Shown piece after piece: positions 9,447-18,500 of a stretch of DNA of 44,331 bases. How positions within the stretch are numbered: the first letter of the stretch is position 1; each line of letters begins with the position of its first letter. Source of the DNA: Patescibacteria group bacterium (GTDB lineage: Bacteria; Patescibacteriota; Minisyncoccia; Ryanbacterales; GWA2-47-10b); the NCBI GenBank assembly GCA_038063855.1, contig JBBTUF010000008.1, forward strand, positions 1 to 44,331, given 5' to 3'. The notes under the pieces are model-generated. The model had not been told where the DNA came from, did no database searches, and was given only the letters and a program-made list of their open reading frames with translations. The position numbers and the translations under genes are program-made.

Positions 9447-9647
9447 TTACGGAACATTCAATATTCTAACTTTTCGATTTGCAAATTGTTGATTGATTTT
9501 TTCAGTATAATCAAGCCTTTCCAGCGTTAAACTTAAATCCTCTTTAATAAAATATATTTTAATCTGCCCCCAAGAATAAATAGAAAGGCATACACAAAAA
9601 ACAACACTCCATACAACCGCTCGCCGTGGGTACAGAACGCGAAACAT
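9447..9647 (-). CDS. Possible small membrane protein (66 aa)
   Basis: The internal Met of track ORF 9447..9764 was chosen because a terminator lies within the longer version. One hydrophobic helix. It ends 2 nt before the pilin start. Confidence 0.3.
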   Translation of the reverse strand: MFRVLYPRRAVVWSVVFCVCLSIYSWGQIKIYFIKEDLSLTLERLDYTEKINQQFANRKVRILNVP

Positions 9648-9668
9648 ATATATATAGTATACACCAAA

Positions 9669-9699
9669 CAAAAAACAGTCGCCTAGGCGACTGTTTTTT
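9669..9699 (-). terminator. Bidirectional rho-independent terminator
   Basis: Perfect palindrome cagtcgcctaggcgactg flanked by an A-run and a T-run, just downstream of the stop at 9713. Confidence 0.6.
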
Positions 9700-9712
9700 G
9701 TTGATACAATAT

Positions 9713-10042
9713 TTAGCGAGGAATTGTTGGCGCTGTGCCTGATCCAGATCCCTGTGTATACCATCCACGCATCATGGGAGGAACTGAATAATAATTATTA
9801 GGATCGCCATAGCCACCCCACATCATTTGGTGCCTACCAAATCCTCCATAATACCCGCCACCTTCAATACTATTTTTAAATTCACCTATTTTCACACCAA
9901 CACTGAAGACAATTGCCAAAATGGCAACGCCGAGAACCCAGCGAAGAATAACGTGTTTTCCACCACAATGCCCAACACATGAGCTTCCGGATGAACAACA
10001 TCCGTGATCGTTATGATGTTCATGGTGATTTGTATGTTCCAT
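9713..10042 (-). CDS. His/Cys-rich single-pass membrane protein
   Basis: MEHTNHHEHHNDHGCCSSGSSCVGHCGG, then one TM helix, then a Gly/Tyr-rich tail. Confidence 0.5.
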   Translation of the reverse strand: MEHTNHHEHHNDHGCCSSGSSCVGHCGGKHVILRWVLGVAILAIVFSVGVKIGEFKNSIEGGGYYGGFGRHQMMWGGYGDPNNYYSVPPMMRGWYTQGSGSGTAPTIPR

Positions 10043-10081
10043 AAAATTTTTATTTATTATTTTGTTAATGACCTTTTAATT

Positions 10082-10318
10082 CTATATAATTTCTCGATGC
10101 GATGGAAGCCAATCCATAAATTTTTTACGGTGGCGGTCGATTGACCATTCATCGCCACGCTTAAAAAGTATTGGATGCATTATTTGAAATTGTTTTAAAT
10201 CTTTTTGTGATGCGTGAGGAAAGGTTGGAGGAATACTTTTATTGTACGAATCCATAAAAATCAGAAGGGGTGTTCCTGTTTGATTGATCTTTAATTCATC
10301 GGTACTTTTTCCTCTCAT
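10082..10318 (-). CDS. Hypothetical protein (78 aa)
   Basis: ORF only. Confidence 0.35.
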   Translation of the reverse strand: MRGKSTDELKINQTGTPLLIFMDSYNKSIPPTFPHASQKDLKQFQIMHPILFKRGDEWSIDRHRKKFMDWLPSHREII

Positions 10319-10385
10319 CGTGCCTCAAACTATATCACACATCGACTAAAGATTCAAGCGCTCCTTGCGGGCGAGCAATTCTACC

Positions 10386-11315
10386 TTACGCGTCTTTATT
10401 ATCGTCAAAAAGGCGTCGTCTTATTATTTTGGTAAAACGTGATCCGATCATGATGATCACGAACGCAATAACCAGCCACAATACAATAACGGGAATGTAA
10501 ATCACGAGCGCCAAAATCAAATCAAATGATCCCGCGAGCGCCGCAAACATACTATGTAACGCTTGTTTTGCGGAAATCAGCGGGCGCCACCGAATACCAA
10601 ATACTTGAGCATCTGCCTCCTCGGTTAAAGAAATAGTTATGACCGACATATCTACTTGACTCGAAAGGTATTTGAGCTGACCTTCAATTTGCTCGATGCG
10701 ACCTCGCACATCGTGGAGGCGCGATGCAACGGAAAGTGTATTTTCAATAGTAACTGCTCGTTTCATAATTTCTTGGTATTGCTCTTCTTCTGCTCGAAGG
10801 TTTTTGAGACGTGCCTCAAGATCAATAAACTGTTCGGTAACATCGCGCGCATCACTGCTTTCACGTTGGACTTCTACCGCAGATTTTTTTAATTCAATTA
10901 TAACCTCGTCGAACCGCGAAGATGGTATGCGAATTGAAACCGAGCCAGATTTTATGCCAGCAGTTCCTTCGTACACATTCGAACTTTGTACAAAACCACC
11001 CATCCGTTCCGCCGTGCTTGCGACAATAGTAGCTGCTTCTTCAACCTTTTTTACTAAAAGTGTGAGGGTCCCATTTTTGACAATTTTACGATCATTTATC
11101 TGTACCTGGGACAAGCCTTGTGTTTTGCTAACACTATTTTCACTTGTGTAATTATCACTAAATGATGGCACTCCAAGCCCTTCCCTTAATGGCGCGCCTG
11201 TTGATTTGTATCGAGCTGTATTGAGACTCGCTAATAAAACCGACCCAATAAAACCAAAAGTGATGACCAGCACGACAAAACCAAAAACCTTTTTTATAAA
11301 TGATTGATTGTTCAT
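10386..11315 (-). CDS. DUF4349-like membrane-anchored protein
   Basis: N-terminal TM, then RKIVKNGTLTLLVKKVEEAATIVASTAERMGGFVQSSNV..., a coiled-coil segment and C-terminal TM helices. This is the typical DUF4349 layout. Confidence 0.55.
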   Translation of the reverse strand: MNNQSFIKKVFGFVVLVITFGFIGSVLLASLNTARYKSTGAPLREGLGVPSFSDNYTSENSVSKTQGLSQVQINDRKIVKNGTLTLLVKKVEEAATIVASTAERMGGFVQSSNVYEGTAGIKSGSVSIRIPSSRFDEVIIELKKSAVEVQRESSDARDVTEQFIDLEARLKNLRAEEEQYQEIMKRAVTIENTLSVASRLHDVRGRIEQIEGQLKYLSSQVDMSVITISLTEEADAQVFGIRWRPLISAKQALHSMFAALAGSFDLILALVIYIPVIVLWLVIAFVIIMIGSRFTKIIRRRLFDDNKDA

Positions 11316-11462
11316 ACTTCTATATTATCAACTCTATACTCAACTGTCATGTACATCCTATACAGAAGAGACCCGATTTCGCCTCTCACAAAATACGCGA
11401 ACACTTGCTCGAACCGCTGGCACAAGTGTTCAGTTCAAGTCACTTTCATACATGCAACAAGC

Positions 11463-11493
11463 AAAAACCACAGACATGGCGCCTGTGGTTTTT
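11463..11493 (-). terminator. Rho-independent terminator (bidirectional)
   Basis: aaaaaccacag...ctgtggttttt hairpin downstream of the stop at 11527. Confidence 0.55.
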
Positions 11494-11526
11494 GCTTGTG
11501 TGCAAAGGAGTGGACGAAGTTGGAAC

Positions 11527-12291
11527 CTATTTTTTAAGGCTGGAACCGGCAAATCTTCTTCTCAAATAACGAAGAAGAAGGCAGAACCCAATAATTACAA
11601 CTAAAAATATGATTATCGGAACGATATACAAATTAAAAGGGTTGCATGCCCCTCGATTCTTTTCTCCCCTTTTAGAATCATAGTTACCATTTAATTGGAA
11701 ACTTTTTATACCATTTATGGTAATTAATCTATCTTTGTAAAAAGCGAGAAAAGTGAATGGTTGGGATTTTGGAAGATTGATATTTGCGGGCCTATCATCT
11801 CCTATCTTAATCGAATAATAGTAGTCCTCTATATTTTCTTCAATAAAATCTTTTGAGACGATTATATTGTAATCATCTATACTAGCATTTCCAACAGGGT
11901 TATTATTGGTATCAGTATTTTCCATCCAACCCACGGGAGTATCTACAAAGCTACCGGGATTATATAAAAAGTTTCTACCCTTCTCTAACTTTGAACTTAC
12001 CCGATAAGTTTGATTTGTTGAGGAGGCAGTAAATACAGGATAATTTTCATTGTATGTCGGTTCTTTTGAGACTAAATACAAAGGCTCTTCGTTGAGATTT
12101 CTAATGGCGTAGGGATGGTATTGATCGCTAGTTTCAACAATTTCAACCCCGACAGGTAAATTTGATTTATCAAAAGTTAATTGAGAACTAAACCATGGAT
12201 CAGGTCCTTTGGGACGGCAGGCACTAACAAATAATGGTGTGACAACCAAGAATGCAACCAACCCAAGCAAGAAAGGGTCTCTCTTTACCAT
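11527..12291 (-). CDS. Putative lipoprotein with a C-terminal TM anchor
   Basis: Signal peptide with the lipobox-like LFVSAC, and a hydrophobic C-terminal helix. Confidence 0.5.
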   Translation of the reverse strand: MVKRDPFLLGLVAFLVVTPLFVSACRPKGPDPWFSSQLTFDKSNLPVGVEIVETSDQYHPYAIRNLNEEPLYLVSKEPTYNENYPVFTASSTNQTYRVSSKLEKGRNFLYNPGSFVDTPVGWMENTDTNNNPVGNASIDDYNIIVSKDFIEENIEDYYYSIKIGDDRPANINLPKSQPFTFLAFYKDRLITINGIKSFQLNGNYDSKRGEKNRGACNPFNLYIVPIIIFLVVIIGFCLLLRYLRRRFAGSSLKK

Positions 12292-12326
12292 ATCTTTATT
12301 TTACATCACATCTACCCTCTCTGAAC

Positions 12327-12354
12327 ATTAACAATGTTAATGATGTTAACTAGG
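12327..12354. promoter_or_regulatory. TTAACAATG / ATGTTAA repeat cluster (site A), likely near the left limit of element 2
   Basis: attaacaatgttaatgatgttaactagg matches 18496..18519 (attaacaatgttaacaaagttaac) at 21 of 24 positions. It contains the palindrome TTAACA-A-TGTTAA. Confidence 0.4.
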
Positions 12355-12450
12355 AGCTTTTATGCCTGTTGATAAATAATTCTATTTCTTCTTGGATTAA
12401 GTATAATTAAAAGACAGGGCGTTAAGCCCCATCTTTGCTTATAAAATCCC

Positions 12451-12660
12451 TTATTGTCCCGTGATCAGGTCGTTAAGGGATTTTATGTTATGTTGCTTGA
12501 GATAGTTCCCAAGCTTCATATCACTTCTGACACCGAAGTTCTTACCGTACTGCTTCTCAATGGTCCCCATTTGGGTGTCATCGCGCTTATCGCGCAATTG
12601 GCCATCTTGATTTCGTGAACGATATCCCTTCATGCCAGGAGCGTCTTTATGTTTAGTCAT
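12451..12660 (-). CDS. Small basic hypothetical protein (69 aa)
   Basis: ORF only. The C-terminal LGNYLKQHNIKSLNDLI is reminiscent of a helix-extension-helix DNA-binding motif. Confidence 0.4.
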   Translation of the reverse strand: MTKHKDAPGMKGYRSRNQDGQLRDKRDDTQMGTIEKQYGKNFGVRSDMKLGNYLKQHNIKSLNDLITGQ

Positions 12661-12919
12661 AAGACTCTCTTCCTAGATTAAATAATAATTTTAGAAGGCT
12701 CGACCATGTTCCTTCTTGCCGTCTTCACGGCCTTGCTGCTTAGCCGATACTTATGCAAGCACGATCGAGATTATGAAAAAACATATTGATGGGACAGGAA
12801 ACGCCCTGTCTATAGAGTATATTACTCCTTTAGCAGTCACCCATCAAGAGTGCCAATTTATATCTTGTGGATTATCTTCTCTTAGGTCCAAGCCAGTAAA
12901 ATTTGAAATATTTGTCAGA

Positions 12920-13729
12920 TCAAATTTTAATTTGATCATTCATAACTACTTGCACGCCATGGCTACCTACAACATCTCTCACACAAAGAATTCGTTCTTT
13001 AAATTCACCCGATTTAATACTCATGTCTCTTATACAGTCCCGACTCCATTTTCGCATCATTAATTTCGCCGCTCCCCGTAAAATCTCGAAAAGATCTTCT
13101 GGTGAAAGAAATTTTGCTTGAAATTTTGTAGCTAATTCTAGCTTTCTAGATTTCTCATTTAGTAAGTCGTGAGCAACTCCCATACCCTTACCAACCGAGA
13201 AAAAATGGGTCAAAGCATTTCTCAATTTTCTTAGATCATCTGGCGAGATATGTTGTATTCTTTCTGGATTTTTAATACTCCAATCATTATCTTTACTTAA
13301 ACAGAAATTTTCTATAAAAGCCTTTACAACTTTTTGATCCATCGCCCTACTAATGATCTCTCCTTGATCAAAAGTCTTATTATCATACGCAATATCCAAA
13401 CAAAATAGAGTTTCAAGATTAGCAAATAAAACAATCATTTCCGAACGAAGAGGATGATGAAATTTTAGATCGTCTGCAATATTAGCTGGATCCTCTGAAA
13501 GCTGATAATTAAAATCTATGGATTTCTCTTTCAGCTTATTTCCAAGAAATTCAACAAACTTGATTATCTCCAAATATCGATTTCTAATCGACTCTATTTT
13601 TTTATCAAAATTAAGAAGACTTTCGATTTCCTTCTCAATTTCTTTAAGAAAAGAAAATATGATTCGTAAATCTGGAGAGATTAAGACCCTTTGCTCATCA
13701 AAAATAAAATGCGTGCTTTCTTCTGACAT
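12920..13729 (-). CDS. Hypothetical protein with an Rx4H motif (HEPN-like, putative RNase)
   Basis: 269 aa with the motif DDLRKLRNALTHFF. The start lies 1 nt after the stop of the upstream gene. No family recognised. Confidence 0.5.
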   Translation of the reverse strand: MSEESTHFIFDEQRVLISPDLRIIFSFLKEIEKEIESLLNFDKKIESIRNRYLEIIKFVEFLGNKLKEKSIDFNYQLSEDPANIADDLKFHHPLRSEMIVLFANLETLFCLDIAYDNKTFDQGEIISRAMDQKVVKAFIENFCLSKDNDWSIKNPERIQHISPDDLRKLRNALTHFFSVGKGMGVAHDLLNEKSRKLELATKFQAKFLSPEDLFEILRGAAKLMMRKWSRDCIRDMSIKSGEFKERILCVRDVVGSHGVQVVMNDQIKI

Positions 13730-13730
13730 A

Positions 13731-14375
13731 TCATTGTGTATATCTAGAAAATATTTTAATATTTTCGAACAATGCTTTCATATATATTTCGAGAAATTCT
13801 TTATATGATATACCGCATTGGCCATATAATATTTTACCATTTGCTTTAAAACTAAAAAGAGATCCGTTGGCATCATCTACAACCCTCTTAAATATTCTAC
13901 CCGTATAGCTTCCTTCATGAGTATATTCACATCGTATTTTATATAAAACATCAGCAAAGTTCATATCGGGCACTTGTCCATCAATTCCAAAACTGGGTTT
14001 TATTTTATACTTGAGCTTAGATTCGACTGGCTCAAAGTATTTTTTTACTAGAGCTATTTTTTCACCCCTTTCTCCAAAGTTTCGGGATGTAATTTCGGCG
14101 TGTGATATTAGAATATATATTTTTATAATATCGACATCTTCGTGATTATTTTTCTCAAGAGCATCCAAAAAATCGCATATCTTTATAGCCTTATCTATCT
14201 TACTCAATAGATAACAAATCGTTTGCATCTTCTCGTAATTTATACCCATCACATACTTGTACACATGCTTTATATCCACATTAAACCGCTTAAAAAATAA
14301 TGAGATTTTACCCTCATCACTTTTCCAATTTTCTATCTGCCCCTGCTCCCATTTTTTCTGAAATTCATCATCCAT
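13731..14375 (-). CDS. Hypothetical protein with an Rx4H motif (HEPN-like, putative RNase)
   Basis: 214 aa with the motif LYKIRCEYTHEG. It is the first gene of the two-gene operon. Confidence 0.5.
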   Translation of the reverse strand: MDDEFQKKWEQGQIENWKSDEGKISLFFKRFNVDIKHVYKYVMGINYEKMQTICYLLSKIDKAIKICDFLDALEKNNHEDVDIIKIYILISHAEITSRNFGERGEKIALVKKYFEPVESKLKYKIKPSFGIDGQVPDMNFADVLYKIRCEYTHEGSYTGRIFKRVVDDANGSLFSFKANGKILYGQCGISYKEFLEIYMKALFENIKIFSRYTQ

Positions 14376-14483
14376 ATATTATTCTTGAATTCGCTCATTA
14401 TGTTGTTTTTTGGTCTTATTTTCAAGGTGAGTTTCACTGCTTAAGGAACTTGAAAAACGACTTGGAGGCGTTACACTAGATAC

Positions 14484-14604
14484 GTACCCCACGAAGTTTT
14501 TAAATAACCGGCGAACCGTTTTTATATTTGGTTCCAATCGTGCCCAGCAAGGGGCAACCCTATGCCATGATTGGAGCCATCGCTGGTTCTATTTTGTGGG
14601 GTAC
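14484..14604. other. Nested inverted repeats (candidate structured RNA or regulatory element)
   Basis: GTACCCCAC (14484-92) pairs with GTGGGGTAC (14596-604). GGTTCCAATC (14530-39) pairs with GATTGGAGCC (14569-78). TGCCC (14541-45) pairs with GGGCA (14552-56). Confidence 0.3.
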
Positions 14605-14677
14605 AACATAGCGGTTGTCCCTTTTTGTTTTGGTCGTGAATTATATAAAGCTCGATAAAATAAATAGTAAAGTTAAA

Positions 14678-15202
14678 ATGCTTGCCGGTAAAAAGCAGTA
14701 CTATTTTGGCAAGCTGATACCAAACACCAAAGTTATGTTTATAGCGGAGATGCCAACACAAGTACCACAAAATATATGGCATCAGAGCAAAAACTTTGAG
14801 TATTTTGAACATAGTAATACCGATGAAAAATTTATTGAGATTTTACAAAAGCATGGTTTTGGAGGATGTTATTTAACAGATATCATAAAAACAGCAACCG
14901 AAGCAAGAAGACCCACAAAACGGGAGTGTAAAGAATTTGTTCCTCTGCTCTTGAATGAGATCGAGATCATAAAACCTCATCTTATAATTGCCTTGGGGCG
15001 CAGTGCTGAAAAAATCTTAAAAAATAAAAAAATTGTAGGTGATCTTGTTGATGAGTATGAAATTAAATATTTGCGACACCCCTCGTCTGTATGGCGTATA
15101 AAACACCCAAGAAAAAAGCTTACTATTGCACAGAAGTGGAATATCTACGAGCTACAAATCAAAAAGCTTCAGTCTAAGCGTATAAAAACATGTGGACGGT
15201 AA
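14678..15202 (+). CDS. Uracil-DNA glycosylase superfamily protein (family 4/5-like)
   Basis: FIAEMP (GE.PG-like motif A), CYLTDIIK and YLRHPSSV (HPS motif B). The internal Met was chosen as the start. Confidence 0.5.
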   Translation: MLAGKKQYYFGKLIPNTKVMFIAEMPTQVPQNIWHQSKNFEYFEHSNTDEKFIEILQKHGFGGCYLTDIIKTATEARRPTKRECKEFVPLLLNEIEIIKPHLIIALGRSAEKILKNKKIVGDLVDEYEIKYLRHPSSVWRIKHPRKKLTIAQKWNIYELQIKKLQSKRIKTCGR

Positions 15203-15292
15203 AAACATATACCTTTCATTATTCCATCGCTCCCTTGCGTTTTTGGCCGTTTGCAGACGTAATCTCCAACCAATCTGCCATTGTTAAATAAC

Positions 15293-15466
15293 ATGCCGCA
15301 CGCCTTTTATACAATTAACTGCAAGAAATGTGGGGTTGGATATTGCCCGATATGCAAAGAAATGTGCCCCTCTTGCGATGAGCGGGATACGGCAGATGAA
15401 AAGACAATGAAGGAACGAGAACAAATGCGCCGACATTTGAACAGGAACAATGAATACCATAAATAA
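15293..15466 (+). CDS. Small zinc-ribbon protein
   Basis: CKKCGVGYCPICKEMCPSCDE. The ATG at codon 5 of the track ORF was used. CCATTGTTAAAT lies just upstream. Confidence 0.4.
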   Translation: MPHAFYTINCKKCGVGYCPICKEMCPSCDERDTADEKTMKEREQMRRHLNRNNEYHK

Positions 15467-15653
15467 AACCCACCAAAAAATACTTTGGTTTGTTGTCGGC
15501 TTTGTAAGCTGTTTCGTATTAATGGCAACAATCGGTTTTTATTTTGAAGAAGCGGAAGGTAAGGAACATGAGCCATCGTTAAAATTTGAAGACTTCTATT
15601 ACATACTACCTGATTCTTACCTAGATCAATTCGATACCTACAATCTTGTATAA
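15450..15653 (+). CDS. Small membrane protein (67 aa)
   Basis: One TM helix (ILWFVVGFVSCFVLMATIGFYF). It overlaps the previous ORF by 17 nt. Confidence 0.35.
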   Translation: MNTINKTHQKILWFVVGFVSCFVLMATIGFYFEEAEGKEHEPSLKFEDFYYILPDSYLDQFDTYNLV

Positions 15654-15738
15654 AAACTCTATTTTACAAATTCCACAGCATTGGGTATATCTGAACTGCC
15701 GAACATATTTCTAGGTTACTAGGTTTTCAAACATTTAC

Positions 15739-16050
15739 ATGGCAGGTGACATATCCCGCACTAACGGACAAAAAGGTGGCAGACCAAAAGCTAACCATAC
15801 GCTTATGGCAGAAAAAATGCGTGAGCTTTTGATACAAAAGGTTTTTGATGAATTTGGACCTCTTATTGATGCTCAAATACAAAAAGCGAAAGGAACAACT
15901 ATCGTCTCAGAAAAAGACGGCACGATTGTATTTAAAGATAACCTTCCTGATACCCAAGCTTTTAAGACCCTCTTGGAGCAGGCAGTTGGTAAACCCAAAG
16001 AAACTATTGAGCAAACCACGCAAATAAAAACGTTGATCATGGATCTATAA
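15739..16050 (+). CDS. Hypothetical phage-like protein (103 aa)
   Basis: The N-terminal NGQKGGRPK motif is common in phage and element small DNA-binding proteins. Confidence 0.4.
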   Translation: MAGDISRTNGQKGGRPKANHTLMAEKMRELLIQKVFDEFGPLIDAQIQKAKGTTIVSEKDGTIVFKDNLPDTQAFKTLLEQAVGKPKETIEQTTQIKTLIMDL

Positions 16051-16090
16051 AGGGCTTGCAAAATAAGTAAAACCCCGTCAGTGTTTAAGA

Positions 16091-16804
16091 ATGGCAGCTA
16101 AAAAGTTTCCATTCAAAGTTGACTCTCAAATTAAACGCTATATTAGCGAGATACTTGCTCATCGAAGAATGTACGAGCTTCTTTCGCCCAAGGAACTTGC
16201 GACCCATGAATTGGACTTGGAGCTATATAAACACCCTGAACACCCCACTACCCAACCTTCAGAAAATGGAAAATTATTTTTTGAGTATTTAGAAAAAAAG
16301 GGAATTATTAGTAAGCCATATTATCAGGACGAACGCGGCTACAGTTCGGGACCAGCCAGCATTATTGTTTACAAATCAAAAGCAAGTTTCAACTTACTGA
16401 ATGACGTCAAGATTGCACAGATCGGCGACATAATATCTCCGCAAAAACATTCTTATAAAGCCGGGAGGCTAATAACACAGGATTCCGAAGGAAACTTCTG
16501 CTATGGTCGTGATAAGAGAATATTTCTAGAAAAAGACAACCATCTTTACTATTACGTTTTTCTGGCAATATTTGTCCTGAGTAAAGAATGTGGCTCTGTA
16601 AAATATAACCGTATAATCGATTTTGTGAAGAAACATTTTAAAAACCCGAAAAGGACTCGACCTTTAACAGAAAAATCGATACAGAACACAATCAATAACT
16701 CGATCAAAGAAATGCTGCCGGAGACTGCTACGGTGAATGGTGATGAAATACTGAAAGCCTTGGATGGGGTCGGTATAGAGTTCAAAAATCCTTTTATTTC
16801 GTAA
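16091..16804 (+). CDS. Hypothetical protein (237 aa)
   Basis: ORF only. Confidence 0.45.
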   Translation: MAAKKFPFKVDSQIKRYISEILAHRRMYELLSPKELATHELDLELYKHPEHPTTQPSENGKLFFEYLEKKGIISKPYYQDERGYSSGPASIIVYKSKASFNLLNDVKIAQIGDIISPQKHSYKAGRLITQDSEGNFCYGRDKRIFLEKDNHLYYYVFLAIFVLSKECGSVKYNRIIDFVKKHFKNPKRTRPLTEKSIQNTINNSIKEMLPETATVNGDEILKALDGVGIEFKNPFIS

Positions 16805-16940
16805 GTGTCTTAAAACTTATACTTGCTTGTGGAAGCTTATAGAAAGCTTCTTTTTTGTTTTGCAAGATAAGGATTTTTTGAATCAATAAGCCGAATAATT
16901 TTTCGTAAGCACTTTCAATCTATTAGAGAATGGCCTTGTT

Positions 16941-17105
16941 ATGACAACAGGGTCACTGAAAAAATTTATAAGCATTTACCGAAAGCTCTGGCCAGATGAA
17001 GACTTGACCGAAGAAGATGTATTGCGAAAGGCTGAAGCCCTGTTGCAACTTTATCGTGCCGTTTACGGACTGCCACTTGAAACGGGGCCACCTGAGGATG
17101 AATAA
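16941..17105 (+). CDS. Small protein (54 aa) related to 3253..3441
   Basis: Not in the track because it is under 60 aa. Hand translation gives MTTGSLKKFISIYRKLWPDEDLTEEDVLRKAEALLQLYRAVYGLPLETGPPEDE. It sits in the same position, immediately upstream of the replication-type gene, as in element 1. Confidence 0.4.
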   Translation: MTTGSLKKFISIYRKLWPDEDLTEEDVLRKAEALLQLYRAVYGLPLETGPPEDE

Positions 17106-17141
17106 GATCCACGGAATTATTATTTACTTTAAAAATTAAAC

Positions 17142-18500
17142 ATGGAAACAAACGACATAACAGCTACTTCATATATTTTTAATGACGGCAGAATTGCAGA
17201 AATGATCTACGGCCCGTTAAAAAAGATTACTGGCTTTGCACTTTGGGAGAACAACAAAATGAGCATTGAATTAAAGATACAGCTTGATGACGAGAGTAAA
17301 GCAAACATCATCCCACTCTCTGCAAAAAATGGCATGGTCGCAAAAAAGTTTGTACTCTTCCCTTCTACAGCAACGGAGTACGTTTCAAACCTGGAACTTT
17401 ATAATGAGGTGCGAAGCTTCTTAAGTAAGTACATAACACTCCCTTCGCAATTTCTAACAGTGGCAACGGCATACGTAATGATGAGTTGGGTTCATGACCA
17501 ATTCCATACGCTACCTTACTTGAGGGTAATCGGACTATACGGCACTGGTAAAACACGATTTTTGGAGGTAACAGGCAACATAAGCTATAAAAGCATGATC
17601 GCTGGCGGATCAATCTCGCACGCTGCCGTCTTCCGTACAATCGACATGATTAAAGGAACATTGGTATTTGATGAAGCTGATTTTAGAAGCTCTGAAATAT
17701 GGTCTGAAATCGTGAAAATCCTCAACTCCGGCCATACTAAGGGATTCCCGGTTGTCCGAATGGAGAAAAATAAAGGAGATAAATTTGACCCCACAACTTT
17801 TGAGGTCTTTGGTCCAAAAATCTTAGCTTCACGAGAACGCTTTGTTGATGAAGCACTCGAAAGCAGATGCTTGACTCAATACCTTCTCCCCCTGAAGCAC
17901 AATACAGCACCAACACATTTACCAAAAGAATTTGAACAAGAGGCGCTTGATCTGCGTAATAAGCTACTCATGTTCAGGTTTAAAAATCTCGGCCATATAC
18001 CAATTGATGAAACAACCGTAAAAGACAGCGGCATCTTGAGATTAAAACAAAGTGCCCTCGCACTCACATGTGTAGCAAAAGCAATTGATGAGAATATTCT
18101 TACGAAGGTAACTGAATTTCTTAAAGATTATGAAAACGAATTACAAGCACAGCAAGTAAACGATGTTAAAGCGGATGTCCTGATATGCATTCTTGGGTGC
18201 CTGAAGAAAAACAAGACGGAGAAAATTCGAATAGGTGAAATTGCAAAGGAATTTGAAGATCGGTTTAAAGAGCATTATTCGGATATCCAAACAGAAAAGT
18301 ACGACTACGACTCAAAGATGTTCTTTTCAAATCATGACATTCGAATCAGCCCAAAGCGTGTTGGAAGTGTTGTACGGAAACTTGGCATAGGGCTTCGGCG
18401 AGATGGGCATGGATTTTATATCCCCATACCAGAAGAACAACGCAGGATTCAGTTGTTAGCAGAGCGTTACGGCATCGATCAATACCCAGAAAGTAATTAA
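17142..18500 (+). CDS. P-loop NTPase, DUF3631-like (element replication or maintenance protein)
   Basis: Walker A GLYGTGKT and Walker B LVFDEAD. NSGHTKGFPVVRM...FEVFGPKILASRE...ESRCLT resembles the DUF3631 pattern. Confidence 0.6.
   Translation: METNDITATSYIFNDGRIAEMIYGPLKKITGFALWENNKMSIELKIQLDDESKANIIPLSAKNGMVAKKFVLFPSTATEYVSNLELYNEVRSFLSKYITLPSQFLTVATAYVMMSWVHDQFHTLPYLRVIGLYGTGKTRFLEVTGNISYKSMIAGGSISHAAVFRTIDMIKGTLVFDEADFRSSEIWSEIVKILNSGHTKGFPVVRMEKNKGDKFDPTTFEVFGPKILASRERFVDEALESRCLTQYLLPLKHNTAPTHLPKEFEQEALDLRNKLLMFRFKNLGHIPIDETTVKDSGILRLKQSALALTCVAKAIDENILTKVTEFLKDYENELQAQQVNDVKADVLICILGCLKKNKTEKIRIGEIAKEFEDRFKEHYSDIQTEKYDYDSKMFFSNHDIRISPKRVGSVVRKLGIGLRRDGHGFYIPIPEEQRRIQLLAERYGIDQYPESN

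Noticed and set aside
14522-14812. 96-aa minus-strand ORF, and the long 14615 start of the UDG-like ORF
   Set aside because: The ORF overlaps the inverted-repeat region and the UDG-like gene, and its sequence looks non-protein-like. The UDG-like domain begins after the internal Met at 14678.
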